Below are positions 54,668 through 64,000 of a DNA stretch of 64,000 nucleotides, in pieces (within the stretch, counting starts at the first letter, position 1; each line of letters begins with the position of its first letter). The notes beneath the pieces were generated by a model, which worked only from the letters and a program-made list of their open reading frames with translations, made no database searches and was not told the DNA's origin. The DNA is from an uncultured Bacteroidales bacterium (GTDB taxonomy: Bacteria > Bacteroidota > Bacteroidia > Bacteroidales > WCHB1-69). Position numbers and translations under genes: made by a program. Location: NCBI GenBank assembly GCA_900315245.1, contig OMYJ01000006.1:199572-263571 (forward strand). The letters run 5' to 3'.

Positions 54668-55075
54668 TCAGCTGTTCTCAATGGCTTTCTTCAAATATTG
54701 CATGGCCGTGCCCATGAACTGGTTGACCACCCCCTTGACCATCCCTTGCAGGAGGAAAGGCACGTCCGCTTCAATCTTTGCCTGCAATGAGCTTTCAGAA
54801 CCTTTCGGGACAATGTCAAAAGCGGCCGTAGCTGTGACGTGGGGCGATTCCACCTCCGCATCATAGGCCACATGAGAGCATGGCAGCTGCTCCTTGAGCG
54901 AAAGCCTGCAGTTGACATGGTCATACACAGTAAAACGACATCCGTCAGGCAAGGACTCCCAATTCGACAGACCGGGGATGCCCTCTAACGGACGTTCAAA
55001 AAAACGGGTCAGTGCCTGATACACTTTTTCAGGACTGGCAGAAATGGTCTCTTCTGGACTGTTAATATGCAACAT
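54668..55075 (-). CDS. SRPBCC/START-like small protein (tentative)
   Basis: 135 aa. '[13 protein letters not shown]' and the C-terminal amphipathic helix resemble polyketide-cyclase/SRPBCC folds. A TATCTTTG box lies at 55096-55103. Confidence 0.4.
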   Translation of the reverse strand: MLHINSPEETISASPEKVYQALTRFFERPLEGIPGLSNWESLPDGCRFTVYDHVNCRLSLKEQLPCSHVAYDAEVESPHVTATAAFDIVPKGSESSLQAKIEADVPFLLQGMVKGVVNQFMGTAMQYLKKAIENS

Positions 55076-55164
55076 ATTACTCTTGTTTGAATCGGCAAAG
55101 ATACAATTTTAATTGATAATCGAGAATCGAGAATTATAGGAATATGGCTGTTGGACGTTGGCCA

Positions 55165-57360
55165 TTAGCTTTTGGCTTTTATAAATTTCGACACAGCATG
55201 ATGGGCTGTACGTACAAAATAGACTCCTGTTGGCAAACACGAAGTATTAATAACGGCACTATTATCTTCAATATTACTGACAACAAGAATTATTCGTCCG
55301 TATAAATCGTAAATAGCAACTGATCCCAACGGTTGGTCACTTTCGAGATAGAGAATATGGTTGGCAGGGTTCGGATATACGCGCAACGGCACGCATTCGT
55401 GCTGTGCAACAGATGAATGCGCGGGAGGAGTCGCGCCTTCGAAATAGGCCGCGCCACCGGCATAATTACCCAAAACCATGTCCGGGCGGCCGTCCCCGTT
55501 AAGGTCGGCCACCGCAGCAGCCACTCTCCTGCCCTCGCGGAAAGGCTGTGCCATACCGTTGACGGTTTCCACCAAATTCGACTCCGCCATCTCGAAAATT
55601 CCGTCCAAATTGCCGTCAATCTGCTTGTAATAAGTCACTTCACCCGATTCACCCGCACAGAACAGAACCGTGCCTTGTTGCGCATCACGATAGAGACAAG
55701 GCACGCTGTATCCAAAATAGGACTGCGTATAATCCCGCATGTCAACCCCGCCTAACGTATCCGTAATCTTCTGAAATTCAGCGACATTAGCACCAACATT
55801 CCGATAATAAGACAACAGCCCGCGCCTATTGCCTATGATCAGATCCTTTCTTCCATCCCCGTCAAGGTCAAAACACTGGGGGGTACTACACTCCCCGACA
55901 TCAATATCGGCAAAGCGAGTGTTGAGCGTGCCGTCGCCAGTCACCAAGCGGGAATGAGGCACCAGCAGCAGAGTACCATCCTCCTGACCGCAAAGCATAT
56001 CCGCTCCTCCGTCCCCATCGAAATCGCCAAACGTAGGATGCAATGCATGGAATCCCAAGGATTTGAGATTCCCGAAATCGCGGGTCTGCAAGCTAAAAAC
56101 AGGCGAATCGGTTGTTCCCGTATTCCGATAATAAGACACTGACGATGAGAAAAAGGAAGTCAACCAACCATTGATAACCTGCGCACTATCGAACTGACCA
56201 TAGTTGCCGACAAACAAGTCCAACAAGCCATCGCCGTCAAAATCAAACAGCATAGGATGACAACCACTCCCGACATCCAGCATCTCGCCTTGCAAGAAAT
56301 CTGTTTGTAAAAGAGTATATTGCTGAATGTCAGTATTATAATCATACACCCATACACTGTTCAAGTCCTGCGATTTTGACAACGAAGGGTCTGATGGCGA
56401 CACCACCAACGAGGGAACATCCCGTCCGGGAAGGGTCACAAACGAGGCCGAAGGCATAGAATAAAGACATATCGGCATCGATGTCGGAAATGCTTTGTCC
56501 TGCATCGTCATGCGGGCATCGTCAAGGGTGCCGTGATTATATAATAATATATTGTATGGAGAATCCACATCGCCCAGCAACAAATCGGGAAGGCCATTAC
56601 CGTCGAAATCGTGCAACAGCATTGACGAGCCGGTGTGGCGTGTATGGTCATCACCGGATTTGCTTTCACAATCGGAGAACAACGTGACCGCATTATTGTC
56701 GGCGGCTTCCTCGAAATGTCCCCAGCATTCATTCTCCAAACGGAAATCGAAAGGATCTCCTACCTCCGCATAGTTGCGCAGTTGATGTACATACTTCCCC
56801 ATCACCCAGAAATTCAGGATGTCCAAATGACCATCTTGGTCAATGTCATCCACCACAAGATAATCATCGGGAGATGCGTATATGTTCGTATATCCATTGT
56901 AGTAAAAGGCCGTCAGCGGATCGGCGACAAGCCGGAACTGAAGCGTATCTTCGGAAATGTTCTCAAACACACGCACAGAAGCCAAACCGTAGGTGAAGAT
57001 GTCCGCCTTCCCGTCGTGGTTATAGTCGTAAAGAATCACCCAGTCGTGCAAATCCGGAAAACAACGGGCATATTGCGGTGCATATTGGAAAGCATTGCCG
57101 GTGCGCAGAAAGGGAAGCAGCCTGTGACCGTGCTTCTCGAAGCCCAGCAGATCTGGAACGCCGTCAAGATTGAGATCAACTTCAGAAAAATGGACAGAGT
57201 TCAGTCCACCAGCCCAAGGGATTGGCAAAGTGTGTCCGTTCTCAACAACCGAAACAGACTGTTGTCTTTCGAATCCGAAATCATAGTATGTGTTTTGCGC
57301 TTCCGCAAGCGAAAGCAGCACACAGAAAAGCAGCGTCAGGGAAAGAGACGGACGGTCCAT
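55165..57360 (-). CDS. FG-GAP/VCBS-repeat protein with a T9SS C-terminal sorting domain
   Basis: It has the signal 'LLFCVLLSLAEAQ' and at least 8 'D[FL]DGDGxxDL' motifs. The C-terminus 'VYPNPANHILYLES...VAIYDLYGRII...GVYFVRT' is a T9SS tail. Confidence 0.8.
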   Translation of the reverse strand: MDRPSLSLTLLFCVLLSLAEAQNTYYDFGFERQQSVSVVENGHTLPIPWAGGLNSVHFSEVDLNLDGVPDLLGFEKHGHRLLPFLRTGNAFQYAPQYARCFPDLHDWVILYDYNHDGKADIFTYGLASVRVFENISEDTLQFRLVADPLTAFYYNGYTNIYASPDDYLVVDDIDQDGHLDILNFWVMGKYVHQLRNYAEVGDPFDFRLENECWGHFEEAADNNAVTLFSDCESKSGDDHTRHTGSSMLLHDFDGNGLPDLLLGDVDSPYNILLYNHGTLDDARMTMQDKAFPTSMPICLYSMPSASFVTLPGRDVPSLVVSPSDPSLSKSQDLNSVWVYDYNTDIQQYTLLQTDFLQGEMLDVGSGCHPMLFDFDGDGLLDLFVGNYGQFDSAQVINGWLTSFFSSSVSYYRNTGTTDSPVFSLQTRDFGNLKSLGFHALHPTFGDFDGDGGADMLCGQEDGTLLLVPHSRLVTGDGTLNTRFADIDVGECSTPQCFDLDGDGRKDLIIGNRRGLLSYYRNVGANVAEFQKITDTLGGVDMRDYTQSYFGYSVPCLYRDAQQGTVLFCAGESGEVTYYKQIDGNLDGIFEMAESNLVETVNGMAQPFREGRRVAAAVADLNGDGRPDMVLGNYAGGAAYFEGATPPAHSSVAQHECVPLRVYPNPANHILYLESDQPLGSVAIYDLYGRIILVVSNIEDNSAVINTSCLPTGVYFVRTAHHAVSKFIKAKS

Positions 57361-57362
57361 GA

Positions 57363-58319
57363 CTACCGCACGCGCAGGCGCTGGCCCTCGCGGATAAAGT
57401 CACTACGCAAATGGTTGAGTTTCTTGATCTTTGAAACCGTTGTATGGTATTTGGCGGCAATTCTGCCCAAGTTATCACCTTTGCGCACCTTATAATATTG
57501 AGCGGAGGTCTGGGGCTTCGGCTTGGCCGGCTGCTCTACCTGCTGGGTAGGATTCGGCACCGAAACCGTGTAACCGGAGATGTACAGCGTGTCGAATTTG
57601 GTTTTGAAATTGTCGAAATCAATGAGGCGGCAGGGGTTGATGTCGTTGCCGAGATAACGGACCTCGAAATGGAGGTGGGAGCCGTAGGAACGTCCCGTGT
57701 TGCCTCCAAGTCCGATAATGTCGCCGGCTTTCACCATTTGCCCGGGATTCACCAGACGACGGGAGAGGTGACCGTAATAGGTCTCCAGCCCGTTGTCATG
57801 ACGGATGACCACAAGGTTACCGTAACCGCCCGTGTTGGCCGTACCCTTGGAGATACGAACGATGCCGTCCCATGCGGCTGCAACGGGAGTTCCCTCGGGA
57901 TAACCGAGATCAACCCCTCTGTGCATGCGGCGGTGGCGGTATCCGTAATTGGAAGTGATCCTGTAGTTGGCCGGGTGGTGATAACCCGTCAAATCGATGG
58001 TATCACGCGGCGCAGATCCCTGATGACGGTAATGGATGGTCACGATGTCAAAATTCTGATAAAGGTTATAACCCGGCATCCAGTTGAAATAGGTGAACAG
58101 CAGCCCATTACCATGATCGACATTGTCCAGGTTGGAGTCATACATCGAATTGATGAGGTTGCCTAATGAATCATCTTCAATTACAGCATCTATGCGGGCG
58201 GTGTCATTCACCACATTAAAACGGATGTGATTCTCCTGTGCCGAAAGTCTGCAGAAAAGAATCAACAATAAAAAGAGGTTTATATATTTGTATTTGAACC
58301 TTTTGCTCATAATTAGCAT
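57363..58319 (-). CDS. M23-family peptidase with a C-terminal LysM domain
   Basis: 'HRGVDLGYPEGTPV', 'YGHLS' and 'GSHLHFEV' are M23 motifs. The LysM domain is 'YYKVRKGDNLGRIAAKYHTTVSKIKKLNHL'. Confidence 0.85.
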   Translation of the reverse strand: MLIMSKRFKYKYINLFLLLILFCRLSAQENHIRFNVVNDTARIDAVIEDDSLGNLINSMYDSNLDNVDHGNGLLFTYFNWMPGYNLYQNFDIVTIHYRHQGSAPRDTIDLTGYHHPANYRITSNYGYRHRRMHRGVDLGYPEGTPVAAAWDGIVRISKGTANTGGYGNLVVIRHDNGLETYYGHLSRRLVNPGQMVKAGDIIGLGGNTGRSYGSHLHFEVRYLGNDINPCRLIDFDNFKTKFDTLYISGYTVSVPNPTQQVEQPAKPKPQTSAQYYKVRKGDNLGRIAAKYHTTVSKIKKLNHLRSDFIREGQRLRVR

Positions 58320-58651
58320 CTGTTTATTTTACGGTCAAGTTTATGAGTGCGGGCCTTGATTCTGTTCTTACTTTTTTGATGGGTCCTGTTCGCGTTGTGG
58401 CTCCGCTCTGTATTTTTGTTATAGTTCGAAATTGTATGTCCGTCATGACTTTTACGGGTAGAATTCTTCCTCAAATAGTAGGTGGTGTTTTGCGATGTTG
58501 TGGCATTCCACCTTGGTGTGTGACGCACACGGGTGGTCTGGTATTTTGAAGACCTATGTGTCTGATTGCCATTTGTTTGGCAACACACAGAGAACAACAT
58601 CCCCATGAAGCAAAACAGACAAAAAATATGTTTGAAGAGTTTATTTCTCAT
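58313..58651 (-). CDS. small basic secreted protein (hypothetical)
   Basis: The start is at 'MRNKLFKHIFCLFCFMGMLFSVCC'. A TATCTTTG box lies at 58677-58684. Confidence 0.4.
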   Translation of the reverse strand: MRNKLFKHIFCLFCFMGMLFSVCCQTNGNQTHRSSKYQTTRVRHTPRWNATTSQNTTYYLRKNSTRKSHDGHTISNYNKNTERSHNANRTHQKSKNRIKARTHKLDRKINRC

Positions 58652-58822
58652 ATTATTTTCCATATAAAACAAATTGCAAAGATACAATTTTTTGGGATTA
58701 GTTCGGCAACACCCGATTGTTTTTATGGTTATAACGCTTTCCGTCAGCTATTTATTGTCAGATATACGAAGTACAAAATTGCGGCAAAAAAAAATGTACC
58801 TTTGCCGCCGAAAGAAAGCATT

Positions 58823-60013
58823 ATGTCAGCGACTGAAAATGAGAGACTTTGGAACAGGGAATACATCAAGGTGATGACGGCGAATTTCTCGCTTTTCTTC
58901 GCCTTCTACATTCTCACGCCGCTGCTCCCCATTTACTTGAGTGAGCATTTCGGGGCGACGAAAGATGTCATCGGGCTGGTGCTGTCGGGCTATGCCGTAG
59001 CCGCACTGCTGTTCCGCCCGTTCAGCGGCTATATCGTTGATTCGTTCAACCGGAAGAAGGTGTTGGTTTTCTTTATGTTACTGAGTTTTATCTTCTACGG
59101 ATTCTACCTGTTGGCGGGCACGCTGGCGTTCTTCGCCGTGGTGCGCACCCTCCACGGCGGACCGTTCGGGGCGAGCACCGTCGCCAATTCCACCGTCGCC
59201 ATCGATGTGCTGCCCTCCTCGCGCCGCAACGAGGGCATCGGCTATTACGGGCTGAGCAACAACATCGCCACAGCCATTGCACCCTCGGTCGGCATCGCCC
59301 TCTACAAATACTTCGGCGACTTCAACGTCCTGTTCATCGTCGCGCTGCTTTTCGCCTTGATAAGCGTGGCGGTCTCCGCCTCGGTGAAGTTGCCTGAACG
59401 CGCTCCCGTGGCCGACAAGAAGAAGATTTCCCTTGACCGTTTCTTCCTCCTGAGAGGCTGGTTCATAGGCGTCAACATGGTCTGTTTCGCCCTGTGCTAC
59501 GGCGTGCTGAGCAACTATTTAGCCATTTACGGCAAAGAGGTTATGGGCATCACCAGCGGGTCCGGCACCTTCTTCCTGCTGCTCTCCCTCGGACTGATCA
59601 TGTCACGGCTGCAAGGCGGCAAGTCGTTGAGGGAAGGCAAGTTGACCCGTCACGCAGGCATCGGCATCCTGATTTCCACGGTCGGATACACGGTGTTCGT
59701 CATCTCCACGCATCCCGTCTGCTTTTACGCCACCGCCATACTCGTGGGACTTGGAAACGGACACATGTGGCCCGCCTTCCAGAACATGATCATCTCCGTC
59801 GCACACCACAACGAACGCGGCACCGCCAACTCCACCCTGCTGACCAGCTGGGACTTAGGCTTGGGATTAGGCATCGTCCTCGGAGGCGTCATCGCCGAGT
59901 ATTTCGGATACTCCGCCGCCTTCTGGACCGTGGTGGCCGTCCATGTCATCGGGGTTGTCATGTACTTCGCCTGCACAAGGAAAATGTTCATCCAGCGAAG
60001 GATAACAGAATGA
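58823..60013 (+). CDS. MFS transporter
   Basis: The start is at 'MSATENERLWNREYIKV', with 12 TM-like segments and 'FRPFSGYIVDSFNRKK'. A TACCTTTG box lies at 58797-58804. Confidence 0.8.
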   Translation: MSATENERLWNREYIKVMTANFSLFFAFYILTPLLPIYLSEHFGATKDVIGLVLSGYAVAALLFRPFSGYIVDSFNRKKVLVFFMLLSFIFYGFYLLAGTLAFFAVVRTLHGGPFGASTVANSTVAIDVLPSSRRNEGIGYYGLSNNIATAIAPSVGIALYKYFGDFNVLFIVALLFALISVAVSASVKLPERAPVADKKKISLDRFFLLRGWFIGVNMVCFALCYGVLSNYLAIYGKEVMGITSGSGTFFLLLSLGLIMSRLQGGKSLREGKLTRHAGIGILISTVGYTVFVISTHPVCFYATAILVGLGNGHMWPAFQNMIISVAHHNERGTANSTLLTSWDLGLGLGIVLGGVIAEYFGYSAAFWTVVAVHVIGVVMYFACTRKMFIQRRITE

Positions 60014-60105
60014 CAACTTCAAAACAAAAATGAACATATTTCAGAAAAAAAATGTACTTTTGCCACGATTTAATGAACCTGCTATCTCATTCGTTCTCTT
60101 CTGCT

Positions 60106-60231
60106 CTACCAAGCTCTTGCCCCTGTCGGGGCCGCTCAAGGAAAATGTTTTTTTGATTGAACCTTGAACTACCAAGCTCTTGCCCCTGTCGGGGCTGCTC
60201 TAGGAAAATGTTTTTTTGATTGAACTTTGAA
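60106..60231 (+). repeat. 63-nt tandem duplication containing the REP-like core hairpin
   Basis: 'ctaccaagctcttgcccctgtcggggc(c/t)gctc(a/t)aggaaaatgtttttttgattgaac' occurs twice, in the kbl leader. Confidence 0.8.
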
Positions 60232-60273
60232 CTTGAAACTTACATACAAACAATCCAACAAATAAACAAACAA

Positions 60274-61464
60274 ATGTACACCAATTTCCAACAACATCTT
60301 CAGAAAGAATTGGCCGACATCAAGGAAGCCGGCTTGTACAAGAACGAACGCATCATCGCTTCTCCGCAAAGCGGTGAGATCACACTGCAGGACGGCAGCA
60401 AGGTGCTGAATTTCTGCGCCAACAACTACCTGGGCCTCGCCAACGACGCGCGTCTGATTGCCGCCGCCAAGGAAGCCCTCGACACCCACGGCTACGGCAT
60501 GGCCTCCGTGCGTTTCATCTGCGGCTGCTCCGACCTGCACAAGGCCCTGGAGAAGAAAATCGCTGAATTCTTCGGCACAGAGGACACCATCCTCTACGCT
60601 GCTTGCTTCGATGCCAACGGTGGTGTCTTCGAGCCCCTGCTCACTGACCAGGACGCCATCATCTCCGACGCCCTCAACCACGCCTCCATCATCGACGGCG
60701 TGCGTCTCTGCAAGGCAGTCCGCTACCGTTACAAAAACGCCGACATGGCCGACCTTGAGGAGCAACTGAAAGCCGCTCAGGCACAGCGTTTCCGCATCAT
60801 CGTCACCGACGGCGTGTTCAGCATGGACGGCAACGTCTGCCCGCTGGATAAGATTTACGAACTGGCACAGAAATACGATGCCATGGTCATGGTTGACGAG
60901 TCTCACTCCGCCGGCGTGGTGGGCAACACCGGTCGCGGCGTGACCGAGCGCTACAACCTGCGCGGCAAGATCGAGATCCTTACTGGTACGCTGGGCAAGG
61001 CCTTCGGCGGCGCCATCGGCGGTTTCACCACCGGTAAGAAGGAGATCATCGACATGCTTCGTCAGCGCTCCCGTCCGTACCTGTTCTCCAACTCCATCCC
61101 TCCGATGGTGGCCGCTGCCGGCTGCAAGATGGTTGACATCATGTCGGAGACCAACGAGCTGCAGGACAAGCTGCACAGCAACACCGAATACTTCGTGGCC
61201 AAGATGAAAGCCGCCGGTTTCGACATCAAGCCGACCGAGTCCGCCATCTGCGCCGTGATGCTGTATGACGCCAAACTGTCACAAGTGATGGCCGCCAAAC
61301 TGCAGGAGGAAGGCATCTACGTCACCGGTTTCTACTATCCTGTGGTGCCGAAAGACCAAGCCCGTATCCGCGTGCAGATTTCCGCCGCCCACGAGCGCGA
61401 GCACCTCGACAAGTGCATCGCCGCCTTCACCAAGATCGGCAAGGAACTCGGCGTGCTGAAATAA
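60274..61464 (+). CDS. kbl: glycine C-acetyltransferase (2-amino-3-ketobutyrate CoA ligase)
   Basis: It is near-colinear with E. coli Kbl as I recall it: 'NFCANNYLGLAN', 'GMASVRFICG', 'DALNHASIIDGVRLCKA', 'TDGVFSMDG', 'SRPYLFSNS', 'YVTGFYYPVVPKDQARIRVQISAAH'. Confidence 0.85.
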   Translation: MYTNFQQHLQKELADIKEAGLYKNERIIASPQSGEITLQDGSKVLNFCANNYLGLANDARLIAAAKEALDTHGYGMASVRFICGCSDLHKALEKKIAEFFGTEDTILYAACFDANGGVFEPLLTDQDAIISDALNHASIIDGVRLCKAVRYRYKNADMADLEEQLKAAQAQRFRIIVTDGVFSMDGNVCPLDKIYELAQKYDAMVMVDESHSAGVVGNTGRGVTERYNLRGKIEILTGTLGKAFGGAIGGFTTGKKEIIDMLRQRSRPYLFSNSIPPMVAAAGCKMVDIMSETNELQDKLHSNTEYFVAKMKAAGFDIKPTESAICAVMLYDAKLSQVMAAKLQEEGIYVTGFYYPVVPKDQARIRVQISAAHEREHLDKCIAAFTKIGKELGVLK

Positions 61465-61564
61465 CTTGCAATTAGAAATTAGTAATTAGTAATTGGAGGA
61501 TGACGGAAGTTGTCCTCCTTTTTTTGCGGCCACACCCGCCGTACCGCCAACAGCTAACGGTTAA

Positions 61565-62500
61565 CTACTCGCCCCGCAGCACCGAATCGATGTCCCGCGC
61601 CACTTTCTGCGAGAAAAGGTCCGCGCCAATCTTGTTCAGGTGCATCGTGTTGTAGAAGTAGGCCGTGTCGTAGCTCAATGTGTCGTAGGTGTAGTCCAGA
61701 TACGGGATGTCGAAATCGGTGGCGATTTGCGCGAACATGGCATGCATGCCCGTGGAGTCCGCCATCTTTCGCGTTCCACCGATGTAAAACGGCGAGGTGA
61801 CCAGCACCACTTGGATGCTGTCGCGGCGGCACTCGGACAAGAAATCCCTGAACTGCCGGATAATCGTTGTGTCATGAGTATAGGAAACGCTAGCCTGCTG
61901 ATGAAGCCCCCTCCCACTCCACTTCCGGTCGTAGCTTCGGAAACCTTTATACAACGGAGAATCGTATTCGCTTTTCACTGTGGGAAAAAGTATTTTCCGT
62001 ATGAGAGCCTGCCGGCCCAGAAAACGCCAGCACGGCAGCACAAAATCCGCGAAGGAGAAATCCTCCTGCTTATGACAAAGCCGCCACAGATACGGATCGT
62101 GAAGGTAGGGCACAAACTGCTCCCGCTCGTAACCGTTGCTTTTCTGCATCGTGCCATGACTCACCTCATAGACAATGAGTTTTGGCTTGGGATTCCCCCG
62201 ATGACGGAATACCTTGTATTTCAAAATCTGAGAATCGGCGGCGCGACCATTCATGCCAAGATTGTAACTATTGGTATGGAGAACGCTATCGATGATGGCC
62301 GGATTGAACTGCACAAACGCTCTGGAACTGCCCATGATGAGGACTTGCGCATCAATATCCCGCTGATAAAGGTCGTTCCATGTGGCAAACGGTGATGTAC
62401 GCAATCGCAGTGCTTTTGTAGTCAGCAGCATATCGAACACTACCGCCATAACCAGCAGAACGAAAGCGAAAAGGAGTGTCTTCAGCAGGAACTTTTTCAT
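61565..62500 (-). CDS. DltD-like/SGNH-type accessory protein of the MBOAT O-acyltransferase
   Basis: The start is at 'MKKFLLKTLLFAFVLLVMAVV', a signal anchor, with 'VLIMGSSRA'. It lies 1 nt after the MBOAT stop. Confidence 0.5.
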   Translation of the reverse strand: MKKFLLKTLLFAFVLLVMAVVFDMLLTTKALRLRTSPFATWNDLYQRDIDAQVLIMGSSRAFVQFNPAIIDSVLHTNSYNLGMNGRAADSQILKYKVFRHRGNPKPKLIVYEVSHGTMQKSNGYEREQFVPYLHDPYLWRLCHKQEDFSFADFVLPCWRFLGRQALIRKILFPTVKSEYDSPLYKGFRSYDRKWSGRGLHQQASVSYTHDTTIIRQFRDFLSECRRDSIQVVLVTSPFYIGGTRKMADSTGMHAMFAQIATDFDIPYLDYTYDTLSYDTAYFYNTMHLNKIGADLFSQKVARDIDSVLRGE

Positions 62501-62501
62501 A

Positions 62502-63920
62502 TCAGAACTGGAAATAGATGAAGGTTTCTGAATTGGAATAGGCAAAGAACATAATGACAATCAGACTGTAATAGAGGAGGTAACGGATCGCGGCGGAACG
62601 GATGCGCAAGTCAAGACCATGGTTTCCCGCACGATGCACCCATTCCATGACGAGCATGATGAGCACATAGACGGAGCAGGCCGCAAGCCCTTCGGTGTAG
62701 AGCACTCCCCTACCCGGCAACAATGTAAGGTAATGCCACGCCTGCCCGATGGAGTCGGCACGAAAGAGTATCCATCCGATGGTTACTAACGCGAATGTCA
62801 GCAACATGCGGCCTGCCTCGGACCAAGTGGGTAAGGCGCGGCCTTCTGCGATGCCGCTGGTGTATTTGCGGTTGCGACCCGACAAGATGAGCGGCAGGAA
62901 GAGCAGCGCGTGGAAAGCGCCCCAGGCAAGGAAAGTCCAGTTGGCACCGTGCCAAAAACCGCTCAACAGGAAAATGACGAACGTGTTGCGCACGACCTTC
63001 GCTTTCGGGACGCGACTGCCGCCCAAAGGGATATAGACGTAGTCGCGGAACCACGTGGTAAGCGAAATGTGCCATCGCCGCCAGAACTCCGCAATGTCAC
63101 GACTGAAATAGGGATTGTTGAAGTTCCGCATCAGCTTGATACCGAATAGTTTGGACGTACCGATGGCGATATCGGAGTAGCCGGAGAAATCACCGTAGAT
63201 TTGGAAAGCGAACAGCACGGCGGCGATGGCCAAGGTGCTGCCGCTCTGCGACGCATACGATCCATAGACATAATCGACGTAGGCGGCGCAGTTGTCAGCC
63301 ACGGCGATCTTCTTGAAAAGTCCCCAAAGGATCTGCCTCATGCCATCAACGGCCTGCGCGTAGTCGAACGTGCGCGGCTTTGCGAACTGCGGCAGCAGAT
63401 TGGTCGCCCTCTCAATAGGACCGGCCACCAACTGTGGGAAAAAGCTCACGAACGCGAAAAACTGCACAATATCATGGGTGGGTTCCAGCTTTTCGCGATA
63501 AACGTCGATGCTGTAGCTCAACGCCTGAAAAGTGTAGAAGCTGATGCCTACAGGCAGTATGATGTTGAGCAGCAGACCGTCGGTGCGGCCGTTCAGAAAG
63601 AGGTTAGCAAAAGAGGTAACGAAAAAGTCGTAATATTTGAAGACTCCGAGAATCGCCAGGTTCAACACTATATTAGAAACATGCACGATTTTCGCGACCG
63701 GGCGGTTGCGATGGCGTTCGATGAGGAGGCCGCTGCCCCAGCTGCAGAGCGAGGTGAAGGCAATCAGAAAAAGAAAACGCCAGTCCCACCAACCATAAAA
63801 GAGGTAAGAGACCGCAACAACAAAAAGGTTCTGCGCCCGCACACTCCGCCGAAACACAAGCCAATAGAGCAGGAACACAGCTGGCAGAAACAAGGCGAAC
63901 TCTATCGAATTGAAAAGCAT
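62502..63920 (-). CDS. MBOAT-family O-acyltransferase (AlgI/DltB-like)
   Basis: 472-aa multi-pass protein. 'FYTFQALSYSIDVY', 'FWRRWHISLTTWFRDYVYIPLGG' and 'LLSGFWHGANW' include the conserved His. Confidence 0.85.
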   Translation of the reverse strand: MLFNSIEFALFLPAVFLLYWLVFRRSVRAQNLFVVAVSYLFYGWWDWRFLFLIAFTSLCSWGSGLLIERHRNRPVAKIVHVSNIVLNLAILGVFKYYDFFVTSFANLFLNGRTDGLLLNIILPVGISFYTFQALSYSIDVYREKLEPTHDIVQFFAFVSFFPQLVAGPIERATNLLPQFAKPRTFDYAQAVDGMRQILWGLFKKIAVADNCAAYVDYVYGSYASQSGSTLAIAAVLFAFQIYGDFSGYSDIAIGTSKLFGIKLMRNFNNPYFSRDIAEFWRRWHISLTTWFRDYVYIPLGGSRVPKAKVVRNTFVIFLLSGFWHGANWTFLAWGAFHALLFLPLILSGRNRKYTSGIAEGRALPTWSEAGRMLLTFALVTIGWILFRADSIGQAWHYLTLLPGRGVLYTEGLAACSVYVLIMLVMEWVHRAGNHGLDLRIRSAAIRYLLYYSLIVIMFFAYSNSETFIYFQF

Positions 63921-64000
63921 AATTGGAGTCGAATCAGGGCAGAAAAGTAGATTATTATGGTCACTTCAACGTGCGAATCTTGAACACAGGTTTCTCATCC

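Noticed and set aside
60169-61176. 335-aa ORF antisense to kbl, and similar ORFs at 57444-58166, 61640-62395 and 63201-63950.
   Set aside because: The opposite strand has unambiguous Kbl, M23, DltD-like and MBOAT homology.

Overview
Bacteroidales-type chromosome segment, judged from TAnnTTTG -7 promoter boxes, T9SS C-terminal sorting domains and lipoprotein signals. It falls into four blocks. (1) 0.4-9.2 kb is an AT-rich defence-type island, all on the minus strand. A SIR2-HerA pair is followed almost without gaps by KTSC, two PD-(D/E)xK-like, RusA-like and HNH-motif genes, then by a deaminase/HATPase_c_4/wHTH fusion. (2) 9.8-26.8 kb holds a membrane LytTR regulator, a lipoprotein, a T9SS-tailed protein and a 3065-aa SpvB/TcB-propeller/RHS polymorphic toxin with an AT-rich toxin tip and a membrane immunity gene. 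It also holds a lipocalin-like lipoprotein, a degraded AbiE pair and thiL. (3) 26,860-39,936 is a 13.1-kb integrative island in the 3' end of tRNA-Lys(CTT), bounded by a 15-bp direct repeat. It carries an integrase, a YafQ-type TA pair, a Toprim-primase/P-loop helicase, a CTGTTAC iteron cluster, a duplicated palindromic operator module, a 61-nt tandem array and a very unusual GC-rich three-cassette repeat array. No relaxase or capsid genes are recognisable. (4) 40-64 kb is core genome: PduO-type adenosyltransferase, DUF2795, GreA-like, TetR plus an RND efflux operon, a divergent chorismate synthase, acyl-ACP thioesterase, TPR protein, lptB, T9SS FG-GAP protein, M23/LysM peptidase, MFS, kbl, and DltD-like plus MBOAT. 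Its intergenic junctions carry short 7-8-nt tandem arrays that contain stop codons. No rRNA and no CRISPR array were seen. All family calls come from motifs read by eye in the supplied translations; no database search was possible. The best candidates for something undescribed are the GC-rich cassette array at 28.6-30.1 kb and the extended SIR2-HerA nuclease operon at 2-9.2 kb.
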